A stretch of 64,000 bases of DNA from Macrostomum lignano (lineage: Eukaryota), in contig NIVC01000273.1 of the NCBI GenBank assembly GCA_002269645.1, forward strand, positions 225,165 to 289,164. Reading direction: 5' to 3'. The first letter of the stretch is position 1. The number at the start of each line of letters is the position of its first letter. The translations under genes were made by a program, and so were the position numbers. Below the pieces are notes generated by a model. That model was not told the origin of the DNA. It saw nothing but the letters and a program-made list of their open reading frames with translations, and searched no databases. This document shows positions 25,120 through 36,528 of the stretch, piece after piece.

Positions 25120-26611
25120 GACGTGGCCCTCACTTTTGAATCTTTCAGCATTCGCTTAATCTTTTGAGTGATTCGCTCCTCAGAAGCTTGCGGAAACGCC
25201 TTGGTTACGGCCACTGAAAGCAAATAAATTCACTGCATTTTACACGTAGGCACGCGAGTACTTTTTGTGACATCGTTTTAACTGCATGGAAATACAATTA
25301 CAGGTAAATAGACAGAGGCGTCGCCATGGATTTTATGGTGGGGGGGACAAAGCCAAGAATTCTATATGCACATGTACACGACGAAATGCCTACATGTACA
25401 TTATTTTCAGAATCGGTGTTGTCAGCACTAATTTTAGCACTGCAGGCACTCATTTTAGCTCCGCAGGCACTCATTTTAGCGCCGCAGACACTTATTTTAG
25501 CGCCACAGGCACTCATTTTAGCACTGCAGACACTCATTTTAGCACTGCAGGCACTCATTTTAGCTCCGCAGGCACTCATTTTAGCGCCTTAGGCACTTAT
25601 TTTAGCGCCACAGGCACTCATTTTAGCACTGCAGACACTCATTTTAGCACTGCAGGCACTTATTTTAGCGCCACAGGCACTCATTTTAGCGCCTTAGGCA
25701 CTTATTTTAGCGCCACAGGCACTCATTTTAGCACTGCAAGCACTCATTTTAGCACTGCAGGCACTCATTTTAGCTCCGCAGGCACTCATTTTAGCGCCTT
25801 AGGCACTTATTTTAGCGCCACAGGCACTCATTTTAGCGCTGCAGGCACTCATTTTAGCACTGCAGGCACTCATTTTAGCTCCGCAGGCACTCATTTTAGC
25901 GCCTTAGGCACTTATTTTAGCGCCACAGGCACTCATTTTAGCACTGCAGACACTCATTTTAGCACTGCAGGCACTCATTTTAGCTCCGCAGGTACTCATT
26001 TTAGCGCCTTAGGCACTCATTTTAGCGCCTTAGGCACTTATTTTAGCGCCACAGGCACTCATTTTAGCACTGCAGACACTCATTTTAGCACTGCAGGCAC
26101 TCATTTTAGCTCCGCAGGTGCTATTTTGTCACCATGCAGCAAAAATTAATAACGGGCCACAAGGTGGGGGTGGGGGGACAAAGCATTGGCATGCCCCCCC
26201 CAGATATTTTACTGGAGGGGACACGTCCCCCCTGTCCCCCCCGTTGGTGACGCCCCTGTAAATATATTAGTAGTGCACATTAGTGGTACATTAAAGGGTA
26301 AATATAAATATACGAAGTACATTTGGAAATGATACGTATAAATTCCTAAGCAAAGGTTTGGCAGGAGCATTAGTTCATAACATTAACTTACAAATGACGA
26401 TCGGTTCCAAGGTTTTGGCAAATGATAGCTTATTGCCACTTGTTTTTCGTGCTTGCGAATAATCCCTACCAGACCGATTGAAAGCCTGTTGAAACTTTCT
26501 TGACAGCAGAAAGTCCATTATTCTTGCTGTGTGGGCTTCAGCATTGTTGCCACCAAGGCGTCGTAGCTTCGAAATCTGTAAAAGGACGCGCGTTTGAGTC
26601 ACCTGCAACAT
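25120..26611 (-). CDS. DUF4806/BEN-like accessory gene of the transposon, spliced, partial
   Basis: LRRLGGNN...RIMDFLL...AFNRSGR...KLSFAKT, with a downstream exon AFPQASEERITQKIKRMLKDSK. Confidence 0.5.
25313..26258. mobile_element. hAT-type MITE carrying a 21-bp tandem array (about 25430-26120)
   Basis: TIR CAG(A/G)GGCGTC(G/A)CCA; 8-bp TSD TAAATAGA/TAAATATA (7 of 8 match). Confidence 0.75.
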
Positions 26612-28799
26612 CAGTCATTTTTATATTTACCGTACCAAAGAACTTTTTCATGCATGCAGCATAATATTTCGTGATATTTATTTAAAATGATGTTAAACTG
26701 AAACAGTAAATTGAATCAGTGAATTAAAACAGTGAACAGTAAATTATTTTGTATAAATAAAAAATTTGGCAATATTGCACAAGAAATTAAAAAGGACTAG
26801 TCTGTCATTGATAATGCTTGGTTATTATTTGGCTGTCAATGTGGATGTTTTTTTGTACTAAATTTTAAGTGAAAGATTTCGATGTAAATGTACACAGTTG
26901 TATAAATGATATTATGTCTACTCAAAAATAGTATTTGGCCTTTCTCCCAACTGTTTGAAATTCCCTCTATATTTAAAAAAGATGAACTTGACCCTAGCTA
27001 ATTCAAACATTATGCAGTCTGTACTGCTCAGTAAGAATAATTCAGCAATAGTTTAGAAATGATAATACAGTGTTTGCTTTAGATGGAACATATTACTATA
27101 AGTAAAACATTGTCTATATCTACAAAAGCCATTTAAAGTGCAATAAAGTATCAAAGGCACTAAAGTTTATAAAGGATCTATAATAACAAATAGTTAAAGC
27201 TTTAATTTTATAGGCCTAGGATCTCATGAATAATCCTAAACTAAAGCCCAAAAATAAAAGATTGGAACTTTACAACTGTAAAGTAAGTAAAATTTTATGT
27301 TCTACATCATTAGAATTCCATTATATAAGTTGATAGAGTGCTTCTTGATTGGAAACAAATAAACCAAAAACTTCTTTAGCACCACCATGAGCAATTTGGA
27401 TTAGAAGCCTAAATCACTTATTATCATTTCATTAAAGCTTAATAAAATATCTAAAAAGTTAAGCAAAGTATTAACTGAAAAGTTGACATCAATCTAGTTT
27501 GGACCCCATAGAAATTGTCATAAAATAATAATGATTTCATAATAAAATCAACAAAAAACAAACAATAAAAATTGTAGCAATTTATCTTATAAATAGCTGA
27601 AACAAGAATGCTCACTATATTTAGCACATGCCTATTGGCTCTGTGCTTCAAACAACATGTTAAAAGTGTCTTTTTAAAGTAAGGTTGCTAATATGACTAC
27701 AGCTAGTTAATTATAAAGTTGCAAAAATTATAGTGAGAGAAGTTTTTTTACTTTTTTTTACAAAAATGAATGTTGAATAATATGGCTGTTGATTAGAACA
27801 CCCCATGCATAGATGCTATGACTATAGCGACCAAATGCAATATGACTAAAATTTTAGAAAAAGTCAGGAGAGAGCATATCCCAAATGACAAGTTAACACA
27901 TAAATAACTTTGTGAAAAAAATCAGTCGAAAGAACTAAATTAATTTGCTGCTGCATACTGCGAATGCTATTTTAAATTGATTACTTATTAAGAACTGCAT
28001 ATTTACTTGGAAATTGCAAACCTTTAAGTAAACTTCTAACTACGAGCGTTTTTTTGCCCAGGCGATCTAGTAATTCTGCAAATTTAACGTCATTAATTTA
28101 AACTCACACCATTTAGTATCGTGTGCTGCAAAATAGCTCGAGTAAACACAATTCTAAACTAAAAATTTAAATTATTCTGTTACTAAAAGTACTGCCGTTA
28201 CGGTCAAGTTAATATTTATAAGAGTAAATTTAATTTGTTAAAACTGTTGATGCAACTCAAATCGAAGTCGAATTTTCGACTTCTATTCGGCATCTCCGTC
28301 AATTCGACTTTAGAAGAAAAATCGACTTCGAATCGACTTCGAATCGACGTCGAATTTTACACCGGGAATCCACGGCGCGGACCGCCACTCAAGCGTCAGG
28401 GGCCGTTAGCATGGCCCGGGAAAATGTAAGCGGTTTGTTCTTAGCACCCAATTTTTGCAGACATTGTAAAGGGTTTGAATATTCTAATAAGAAATAATCT
28501 CAGTCTTGATTGGATATTTAAGGGAAAGGGAACGGATTTTTTGTTACAACATCTCTAACTCTGTTGCTGGAGGACAGATGCTGGTAGAGAAACCAAATCC
28601 AGTGAAAAGAGTTGTATTGAGTAATAAGGAGATTCACAAGATTGTGCTACAGTTTGAGACAGAAGATCCTATTAGTAATTAGATCCTTTGAGACAGAGAG
28701 GGTGGGTGTTGATTTCAACGGTGAAGAGTTTGTATTGACGTTGACCATTGAGAGAATGTGAGAAAAAAAATTACAATTGCAAACTACAAAAACAAAACG

Positions 28800-29930
28800 A
28801 CAAATTGCAACTGCCTTATAACTTCAGCGAAGTTATAGTAGCTGTCGTAATCTTTTACGAGTACATAGTTTACTCCATACTCATGAAACCAGTGTCTTTG
28901 GAGAGCTAGATTAATATTAGGGACATTGATATCAACGTCGGGCCAATATTTTCTCATGTACTCACTGCATTCAAGTTTTTATCGGTATTTACTCTTGTAA
29001 TTAGGCTCGTGCGCTTTGTAATAAGAACCTGGAGAGACGATTGGAAGCATTTTTATTGAGAATTTAATTTTTTTCGTAGGATGAGCACTCTGCGCTGAGG
29101 ATTTAAAGTCTTAGGGATCTGGTTTCGCGAATTGAATGTGGGGAGAAGAATGAAGATTATTTTCTGATTGTTTCGAAGATGCTATGGGTGGATTTCAGTG
29201 GATTATGTAGGACACCTGTTGAAACGAAAAATTATATGAGTTTTTCCCATATTATCGTTTCCTTCTGCCAACAGTTCAGGAAGACAACGAACAATGGACC
29301 TCGATGGTAACTTTCTCTGTGTGATCTCTAGAGTCACATTCTCAAACTTCAGGCGAGGATCTTTCCTCTTCAATCAGTATATTTTATAAGCTAGCACACT
29401 GTACGCGAGCAACGAGGAATAGGAGCAGTAGGGAGAGAGAGTGGGATTTCGAGGCCCAATAGGCAGTGTCGGTCAGAGGTTGTGCATGCATCACGCGAGG
29501 GTCGCATGGCTGGGCTTCTTGCTCGCCGATCATCAGGACTATTTTTAGGCATGCAGATCTTGTGCATCTGGGGAGTTGCTGCCAAGGCTGGATGCTTGTT
29601 CACGCATCACGCGCGTGTCGGCTGATTTCTCCCATCCTCTTGCTAACGGCGCCTTCGTTTCACTTCACTGTTATGCTCTGATTTTGTCGTGGAGGAAGGA
29701 GGATAGGTTAGGAGGATTATGTTCGAAGTTTTCGGAGCAAGTAGGACACCTGTTATGCTCTGATTCTGTCGGGGATAATATGGATGGATTTAATGGGATT
29801 ATGGAGGACGTTTTGTGAGCGAGTGCGACCCCCCTTTTTCTGATTTTGTCGGGGATAATATGGATGGATTTAATGGGATTATGGAGGACGTGAAAAATTT
29901 GTCCCAGAAGCCACCTCATGCATTCTACTC
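28800..29930 (-). pseudogene. 'KYWPD' family, copy 4, with ~76-bp repeats at 29700-29900
   Basis: Nucleotide homology to 12690-13190 and 8352-8895. Confidence 0.6.
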
Positions 29931-30401
29931 AGAGTTGTTCTTTGGCAGAGTAGGCAAACTTCACTCAATTGCCCCGAAGGGTCGCAGACAGTCTGATGAG
30001 TAAGACAGGAATTCGGGACTCTATTCGCGCCACACGCAAACAATTTTGCATTGCAACAATATGGTCGGCTATAGCAAGGCAAGTAGGCAAACTTCACTTG
30101 ATCGCCCCGAAGTGTCGCAGGCACATTGCGATGACTAACACAGAAATTTGGGGTTCTACTCGCGTCGCAACAATAGGGTCGACTATAGTAAATTCATTTT
30201 ATCGCCTGAAGGCTCACAGAGACATTTTTATGACTAACACAGGAATTCGGGGTTTTCGAGTGCCCATCCACCCACGGCACAGCGAGTCACGCTTTCTATT
30301 CAAACCAAAAAGCGAGGCCAAAATTTTTTCCCACGTGTTGCTCTCGCCATGTGAGTTGAATTGATTGAATGAACTCTTTCTATTGACCTGAAAAAATATA
30401 T

Positions 30402-31270
30402 GTGAGCACCCTGCCGCAACTGAGTAGCTATTTTACCCCCCGCCAAAAAACAGAAATACATGCAATGGCCGCCTCTACTTCTATCCATAGTCAGATAATC
30501 GACACTATTAAGAGTATTAGCACCAAACACTCAAATAGTTCCGCCGTTGTAGTTAGTAAGTTGGGTGTTGATGAACAGTGCCAACTACTAAAAAGTCTAA
30601 AAGTAATAGAAAGCCAGTCCACGAAGAAAAATCGCACCAGAGAGAAAAGCAACAACGAAGAGGCAAAGTATCTAAGAGAACCTCGATTTATTGCTTGCTT
30701 GAAGGAAAAGCTTGACAATGTGAAAAACGAGGCAATTGTCGTCAAAACTCGGTAAGTTTTATTATAGAATCTTATCACTTAGTCAATAGCTTTTCAATGA
30801 GAAAAGAACATATTTTATTTCAGTTTCAATGAAGCGAAGGATTTATGCGCAGAGGAACTTAGTCAGGACGAAGACCAACTAAATCGATCGGTTTACTAAG
30901 CTGGAAAAATCTTCTTTGCCGATCTAGAAATTTTAGCCTGCCTTGCTGGAAGGAGGCAAGCGGAAGTTATTGCTAAGCTACGCGAATCCCTTGACTTGAG
31001 CATCAAAGGCGATGCTGCTAAACTGCAAATCGATGAAAAGTTCGCAGAAAGACTCTTCACAATCTAATTGTCAAATATCCAGTCCTGGTGGTTTCAGGCT
31101 ACAACTTTGAAACACTGCTAACCTACAAGGCTCTTATTCAGAAAACGGCGACAGAAGACGAGAATTTTGCTTGTCGCCTTAAAGTTTCACTAACATACGA
31201 TTCGAGGGAGAAAACGAGAACGACGACGAGATCGACGGCGAGAAGATGCTGCTTGACGAAACAACGGAAG
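30402..31270 (+). pseudogene. Two-exon 'SSAVVVS/HTH-like' gene, copy 2 (intron 30752-30823)
   Basis: Same KTR|GTAAG donor and the same 72-nt intron length as copy 1; exon 2 has several indels. Confidence 0.6.
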
Positions 31271-32631
31271 ACATGGCCAAGTCATCAATTTCTGGATAAA
31301 AAATGTCCAGAAAAATTTTTGGAGATCCACAAAAATGACTCAACATTAAAAAATGTTTTACTGCTTTTGTTACTACTCAAAGTAGTATACAAAACATCTT
31401 TTTGAAAAAATACACATTTACCTACACATTTACATACACATTTACACATTACCTACACATTCACATACACATTTACACTTTGGATTAAAAAATATTCTTT
31501 TGTAAATTCACGCATTCTTTTTCTCCTTTTTGATCTCTTGGCACAATAATTTTACCAAAAATCATAGTGAGTTTCAGGCCGTTTAGTTTCAATAGATGCA
31601 ATGGCAGCGAAGATGTTGCACTGCATTGCGCGTATATTTATACAAGTGAATACAGCGCGAGATTATTAAGGGGCCGAGGGAGGTGCGCACATGTGGCGTG
31701 GCTAAAGGATTTATGTAGCATTATTTCATCACCAACCTGCGGAGCTGCCACTTCATCATCTGTGGACTCCGCTATAGGCCCATTATCTGTGGGCTTTTGC
31801 TGCTGACGCCGAAGCCGCTCAGCTTGAACGTATTGTTCAAATTCTTCATCACTAATCTCTCTGAGTTGTTCCATTTTTTATAAAATAAATACAGCAATAA
31901 AATCTTCTTGCTTAATTTCTGTTTTGCATTGTGTCCGACCGAATTCGACATGAGGGGGGGGGCTATTATTCGTATGTAAATCTTTACCTAGTTTCTCATG
32001 TTCCAGTGCTATAAAATCTCTCCATGTATTCACCTATCGCCCCTAGGGTCGCGAGCATTGTTCAATTGTATCTTACCTGGCCCACTTCATATCTTTTTAC
32101 AACTAGAAAGAGGGTAAACACAAAAGACTTGCATGAGCCACTCCTATTGAATGCCAAAACCAAACACTTTTTGGCAGAAATTTTGGTTTTGGCAAAAATT
32201 TTGGCAGCCAATAGGAATGTTGAGTGCTGTGTTTATGTATAATTAGTTTTGTGAGTTCCTGCGAGAGCTTTTTTGACCATACGCTTCACTCAGTGTGGGT
32301 TCCACACGGCGTTAAAGCTAAGTCACAATATACAAATTAGTTTCAGGAGAAGTTCTCGTACTGAATGTCTAAAGCAGTTCCTAGAAATTGTGGTTTATTA
32401 ATGGCCATTTTATGACGAAAAATTAAGCAATATCAAATTTGATGACAGTTTCAAATTGTTTACACCTGAAATGGCATTGAGATGAACCAACGATTCCAAA
32501 ATAACTATTGATTTTAGAGCTAGAATTGTGCAAATGACACTTTTTCAAAATTATTGAAAAAACAAATCCCTAAAATCACTGTTTTAAGACCATTTTCACC
32601 TTTTTAAGTCATTTTTAGTGAATTTCAAGGT

Positions 32632-33024
32632 ATGCTTTGCGCTCAAACCTACCCATCCGATACCACTCCTGCCGATGATGAAGGCGGTGATGTGGTAGAG
32701 CGTCTGCAGTGCGCTCTGCTTCGTCTGAGAATGTCGCAGAAGAGTAGTCTGCTTCATGCGACCCAATGTGGAAAAATCTTGTTGACATTTAAAGCCAGTA
32801 ACCACAACTACGGTAGGAAGGCACGAAAACAGCATTTTGACTGTCTTTTTGATCGAGTAAACCTCAATGTTTCGTCAGCAAATTTTTATATGAAGTTATT
32901 CATGCTGGAAAGTGAATACCCTGGTCTTAAGCAAGTCTCCTTGCCGCTTCGTGATTTGAACACTAATATGTTAATATTAGTTGAAATCCTTGAGGATGAT
33001 CAGTCATGGAAGCAACTTGTCTGA
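32632..33024 (+). CDS. 'YP-L' family protein (130 aa)
   Basis: ATQCGKILLTFK...SSANFYMKLFMLESEYPGLKQVSLPLRDLNTNM aligns by eye with the 12308-12691 protein. Confidence 0.6.
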   Translation: MLCAQTYPSDTTPADDEGGDVVERLQCALLRLRMSQKSSLLHATQCGKILLTFKASNHNYGRKARKQHFDCLFDRVNLNVSSANFYMKLFMLESEYPGLKQVSLPLRDLNTNMLILVEILEDDQSWKQLV

Positions 33025-33306
33025 AAATAGACACTCTAGCCTGCTTTGGATTGGTCAGAAAAGGTTAACGCGTTGGCTTTTTCCCTATTGCAGAACACAC
33101 GAGAGAAATAGTTGTATATGGTATCGTAATAATTTTTGTAAAATAGTATACGGACGCTCTAGCTTGCTTTCGATTGGCCAGGGGACAAAGAAATGCCAGG
33201 GGACCATGCAAGATCTGACAGGTTTTATCGATTCTATCGATCAATTTATTGTTGAGGAGCATAAGGATGACGGGTAAAGAAGACATGGTTCGAGAACTCC
33301 CCGAAA

Positions 33307-33885
33307 ATGGAGGAGGTCTCCCAACAAAGACCCTCCTGCCAGTACGGCCACGGCATATGTTTTACGTGTTTTGACACGGGCCTAATACACCGGTGCCCCT
33401 TGTATCGAGATCCTCTTATCTATTGCATTTTCTGCGGCACGGACCCGCAAATCCGACTATGCAGCTCCAAACAATGGAGCTGCTTTACGTGTCTCCAACG
33501 GCTGGCCGGAAGGAAAATTACATACTGCCCAATGTGTATGGGTCCCTTTGAGGACACGGCAACTGACATCAGCCGCTTCACGCCTGAGCGATCCGGCTTG
33601 TGCTTCACAAACATTAACGAAATGACGGCGCAGGAGATCGCTGCCAACATTCACGATTGGCCGGTGCCCGCTAGTTACCAAGACACCCGGCGACGTCTAC
33701 TAAGCATGGGACGCTACCATGCTCAAAGTAACAGCCAAGTGACGACGGAAGCGATTTACCAACACCTTCTGGAGGCCACCGAACACACGGAATACACGGC
33801 CCTCCAGCCGCTCATCTGGCCAGTGGCGGTATTGGCATTTCGTGCCCGGCGCCTGATACACGGATTCCTAAGGGAACTTTTTTGA
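33307..33885 (+). CDS. Tandem double-RING-like protein (putative E3 ubiquitin ligase), first RING partial or degenerate
   Basis: CQYGHGICFTC...CPLY; CIFC...CSSKQWSCFTC...CPMC; conserved C-terminal IY..LL...LQ.L.WP.A.L domain. Confidence 0.7.
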   Translation: MEEVSQQRPSCQYGHGICFTCFDTGLIHRCPLYRDPLIYCIFCGTDPQIRLCSSKQWSCFTCLQRLAGRKITYCPMCMGPFEDTATDISRFTPERSGLCFTNINEMTAQEIAANIHDWPVPASYQDTRRRLLSMGRYHAQSNSQVTTEAIYQHLLEATEHTEYTALQPLIWPVAVLAFRARRLIHGFLRELF

Positions 33886-34134
33886 AACATAAAACAACCA
33901 AACACCACTCACTATAAGGCCTATTCTCCTAGCTAACTTCATTAATGTTACAAACGCATGTAAAGCCATTACTTGATTCGTTTATCTCATTACTTGCTGA
34001 TATTACTGTCAAATCATTCATTTATCTCATTACTTGCTTATATTACTGTAAAAGCATTCGTTTATAAATAAAATTACGCCTGCAACATTTTAAACAAAAT
34101 ACCACTCTTCTTTAATAATGTATTAAAAATTCGG

Positions 34135-34610
34135 GACGAAATTCTTGTAAAAAAGGGAGATATTGTAAAGATCTAAAAACTTAGTTGCCTACTAAAAGTA
34201 GTAAGATAAAACTATGAATAAAAATTTAAGAATAGCTATGCGTCATACTCTTTTTTTCTAATACCAGTAATATCGCGAAAATAGCGAGTGACTATGCTAT
34301 TGTCCGAAAAACCGGTTCTCGACATCTATTTTCAGAACTTCAAAATATGGTAAATGTTAACCTGAATGTAACATAATTCTCACTCTTTTCTATTCAAAAA
34401 ACCCCACCTATCAAATAATAAAAAAATTTTCGTGAACTCATCAAATAAACCGGTTTTGAGCTCAAGGTCAACTCAAGGCCGACAAATTGTGCATAAATAT
34501 AAACGCAAAATCCGAGCTGAAATCTCAGACTCGGAGCAGCCTCCAAAAAGCTTTGGCTCTGCAAGAGCAGCCAAACGAGGCTACATCTCTGAGGAAGAGA
34601 TTAAATATCA
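34135..34610 (+). mobile_element. Integrase-tail/PPT motif (34135-34163) plus LTR L3 (34164-34610)
   Basis: ATTCGGGACGAAATTCTTGTAAAAAAGGGAGATAT|TGTAAAG; roughly 85% identical to L1 by eye; CA followed by ATTGGTAAGC. Confidence 0.78.
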
Positions 34611-34904
34611 ATTGGTAAGCTTTGTTCGAGTCTTCGTTAGTAGTAATAGAAAATTACGTCCATACCCCATCTTTCAATTGCAAAACACGTAATAAGGTAC
34701 CCGTCAGAAATTTTATTACGCACATACCCTATTTTTCGATTAAAAATCAAGTAGTAAGGTACCGAACCAAACGGTAGGGTATTCTACAGGAATTGTAACT
34801 ACACTGCACCGCACCCACAAAGAATCCAAAAGAAGAAAAGATCTCAATTTCGATCAACCAACCAACCAACTTGTCCAAAAACGCACTTTCGGTATATTTC
34901 TGCA

Positions 34905-35290
34905 TTACAAAAACAGAGGCAACACATGTGCTGCAAAGCGTCGTAGACAAAAATACGCGCGCCGAAATTCATTCCTTCGACGAGACCCACAACCAAGAAT
35001 ACGCGTTAAAAAGAATCGAAGGCTACCACCACCAGTCAGTTTGAAATACAAATAAAACAACACCCAAATACCGCAATGACCAGTCCGAGGATCCTGAATA
35101 GCAAATCGGCTGTAGGACCAATTTTGAAAATCCCCACATTCTCGCCCCAACCACCGTCTAATATTTTCCGGTGGATTTAAGCCAAGCGAATCAAAATATT
35201 CCCCGACTCTTCGTCCACGGCGCCCCCTTACCCGTCTGCTACTCACCCAAACTGCAACCCAATGCCTACCAGGAAGATTCGAAGTGTCTG
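34905..35290 (-). pseudogene. Adenain-like protease, N-terminally truncated, inside the mini-Polinton
   Basis: NTDTSNLPGRHWV, YFDSLG, IQDPRTGHCG; an inverted fragment (GRRVGEYFHSLG) sits at about 36105-36155. Confidence 0.85.
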
Positions 35291-35642
35291 TATTCGCTTG
35301 GCTAGGAAAAAGCAAGCTGAAGTCTTGAATCTACTGAAAGAACATCTTGGCTTATCTACCGAAGACACTGCCAAGCGTCTCGACATTCCAACAAAGTTCG
35401 GGCAGCGCTTGTTCACATTTCATTCCCTAACAACAAAGTACCCGAACATCGTTTTTTCGGGTTACAGCTTCGAGACGCTACTAACATTCAAGAAGACAAT
35501 TGAAAAGGAAGCCGAAGATGATGAGAATTTCCGGTGCCAATTGGAGAATGCGCTTAACATCGTGTTCGAGCATGAGAAGGAAGAGAAGGACTTGCTAGAT
35601 GAGATCGATAAAATGGAAGTTTTATCGACAAATGAAGGCTAA
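35275..35642 (+). pseudogene. Exon-2 fragment of the 'SSAVVVS/HTH-like' family inside the mini-Polinton
   Basis: ARKKQAEV...LSTEDTAKRLDIPTKFGQRLFTF...KYPNIVFSGYSFETLLTFKK..E.DENFRC. Confidence 0.75.
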
Positions 35643-36528
35643 GAGTGACATTTTGAGCATTTTTTTAAATTAACAAATTCTGGAAAAAATTCTGGATTTC
35701 CAGAATCGGTTGGTTAGTTTGCATCTTTGGACAGCAGGCCGGGCTGCCACAGACGCAGGTGCTTGACACCGTGGCCAGGGCCGTGTGCGTGGCGACTGCT
35801 TATACGCCGCGGCGGCTGATGACGAACGCCCGGATTGATGAAATCAGGACGGTGTGCCGAGCGGAGGGAATTAATCTACTCGGACGACACGGGACGGGGA
35901 TACTCGCGACGGCGTCGGGACTACCATCCGACCGCCGCTGCACTTCTTTGGACGGTGCTGGCTACTGCCACCACTTGAGGTCCGACGGCTCCGTGTCCAT
36001 TGAGAGTGTGGCCAGATTCCGGGTGGACGAGACTGCGAATAGTTTTAAGATGGTATACATGCGCGCTCCGCCGCGGGTGCGTCGCCGAGATCCTTAAACT
36101 TAAGGGGGAGCGTGGACGAAGAGTCGGGGAATATTTTCATTCGCTTGGTTTAGAAATATACTGAAAATGCGTTTTTGGACTAGTTGGTCAGTTGATCGGA
36201 CTTGGGATCTTTTCTTCTTTTGAATTATTTGTGGGTACCGTGCAGTGTAGTTGGATTTCCTGTAGAATACCCGACGATTTGGTTCGGTACCTTTTTGAAC
36301 AAGTTGCTTGGTGGATCGAAATTGAGATCTTTTCTTCTTTTGATTTCTTTGTGGGTACGGTGAGGTGTAGTCAGACTTGCTGTTGTATACCCTACCATTT
36401 GGTTCGGTACCTTACTACTTGATTTTTAATAAAAAAGGGTATGTGCGTAATAAAATTTCAGACGGGTACCTTATTACGTATTTTGCTATTGAAAAAATGG
36501 GGTATGGACGTCATTTTCTATTACTACT

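Larger units (their letters stand above)
24579..28366. mobile_element. CMC/EnSpm-type DNA transposon (non-autonomous), 2-bp TSD AA
   Basis: TIRs CCCGGTGTAAAA(A/T)TCGACGTCGA at both ends; subterminal TCGACGTCGA/TCGACTTCGA repeats; AA on both flanks. Confidence 0.7.
24339..28497 (+). pseudogene. Small ORF split by a DNA transposon; rejoined frame reads …VYKAE|STARTATQ…FCRHCKGFEYSNKK*
   Basis: Removing 24579-28366 and one AA copy restores the frame; a paralogous 5' piece (GGQMLVEKP) lies at about 28560-28600. Confidence 0.5.
34639..36528. mobile_element. 1.89-kb non-autonomous mini-Polinton with ~260-bp TIRs and 6-bp TSD TTCGTT
   Basis: AGTAGTAATAGAAAAT...ATTTTCTATTACTACT ends; TTCGTT at 34633-34638 and 36529-36534; the empty site is seen in the L1 leader (about 17463). 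Confidence 0.9.

Noticed and set aside
25430-26120. Regular 21-bp repeats as a CRISPR array, or the 287-aa ORF over them as a gene
   Set aside because: No unique spacers, eukaryotic context, and the array lies inside a TSD-flanked MITE; the ORF arises from a stop-free unit of 3n length
29950-30260. CTGATGAG at about 29993 as a hammerhead ribozyme core
   Set aside because: No downstream GAAA with compatible stems, and the two related repeats do not keep the motif
34135-34175. DEILVKKGDIV as an SH3-domain fragment
   Set aside because: Only about 12 codons, stop soon after, and positioned exactly over the PPT/LTR junction; better explained as an integrase-tail remnant
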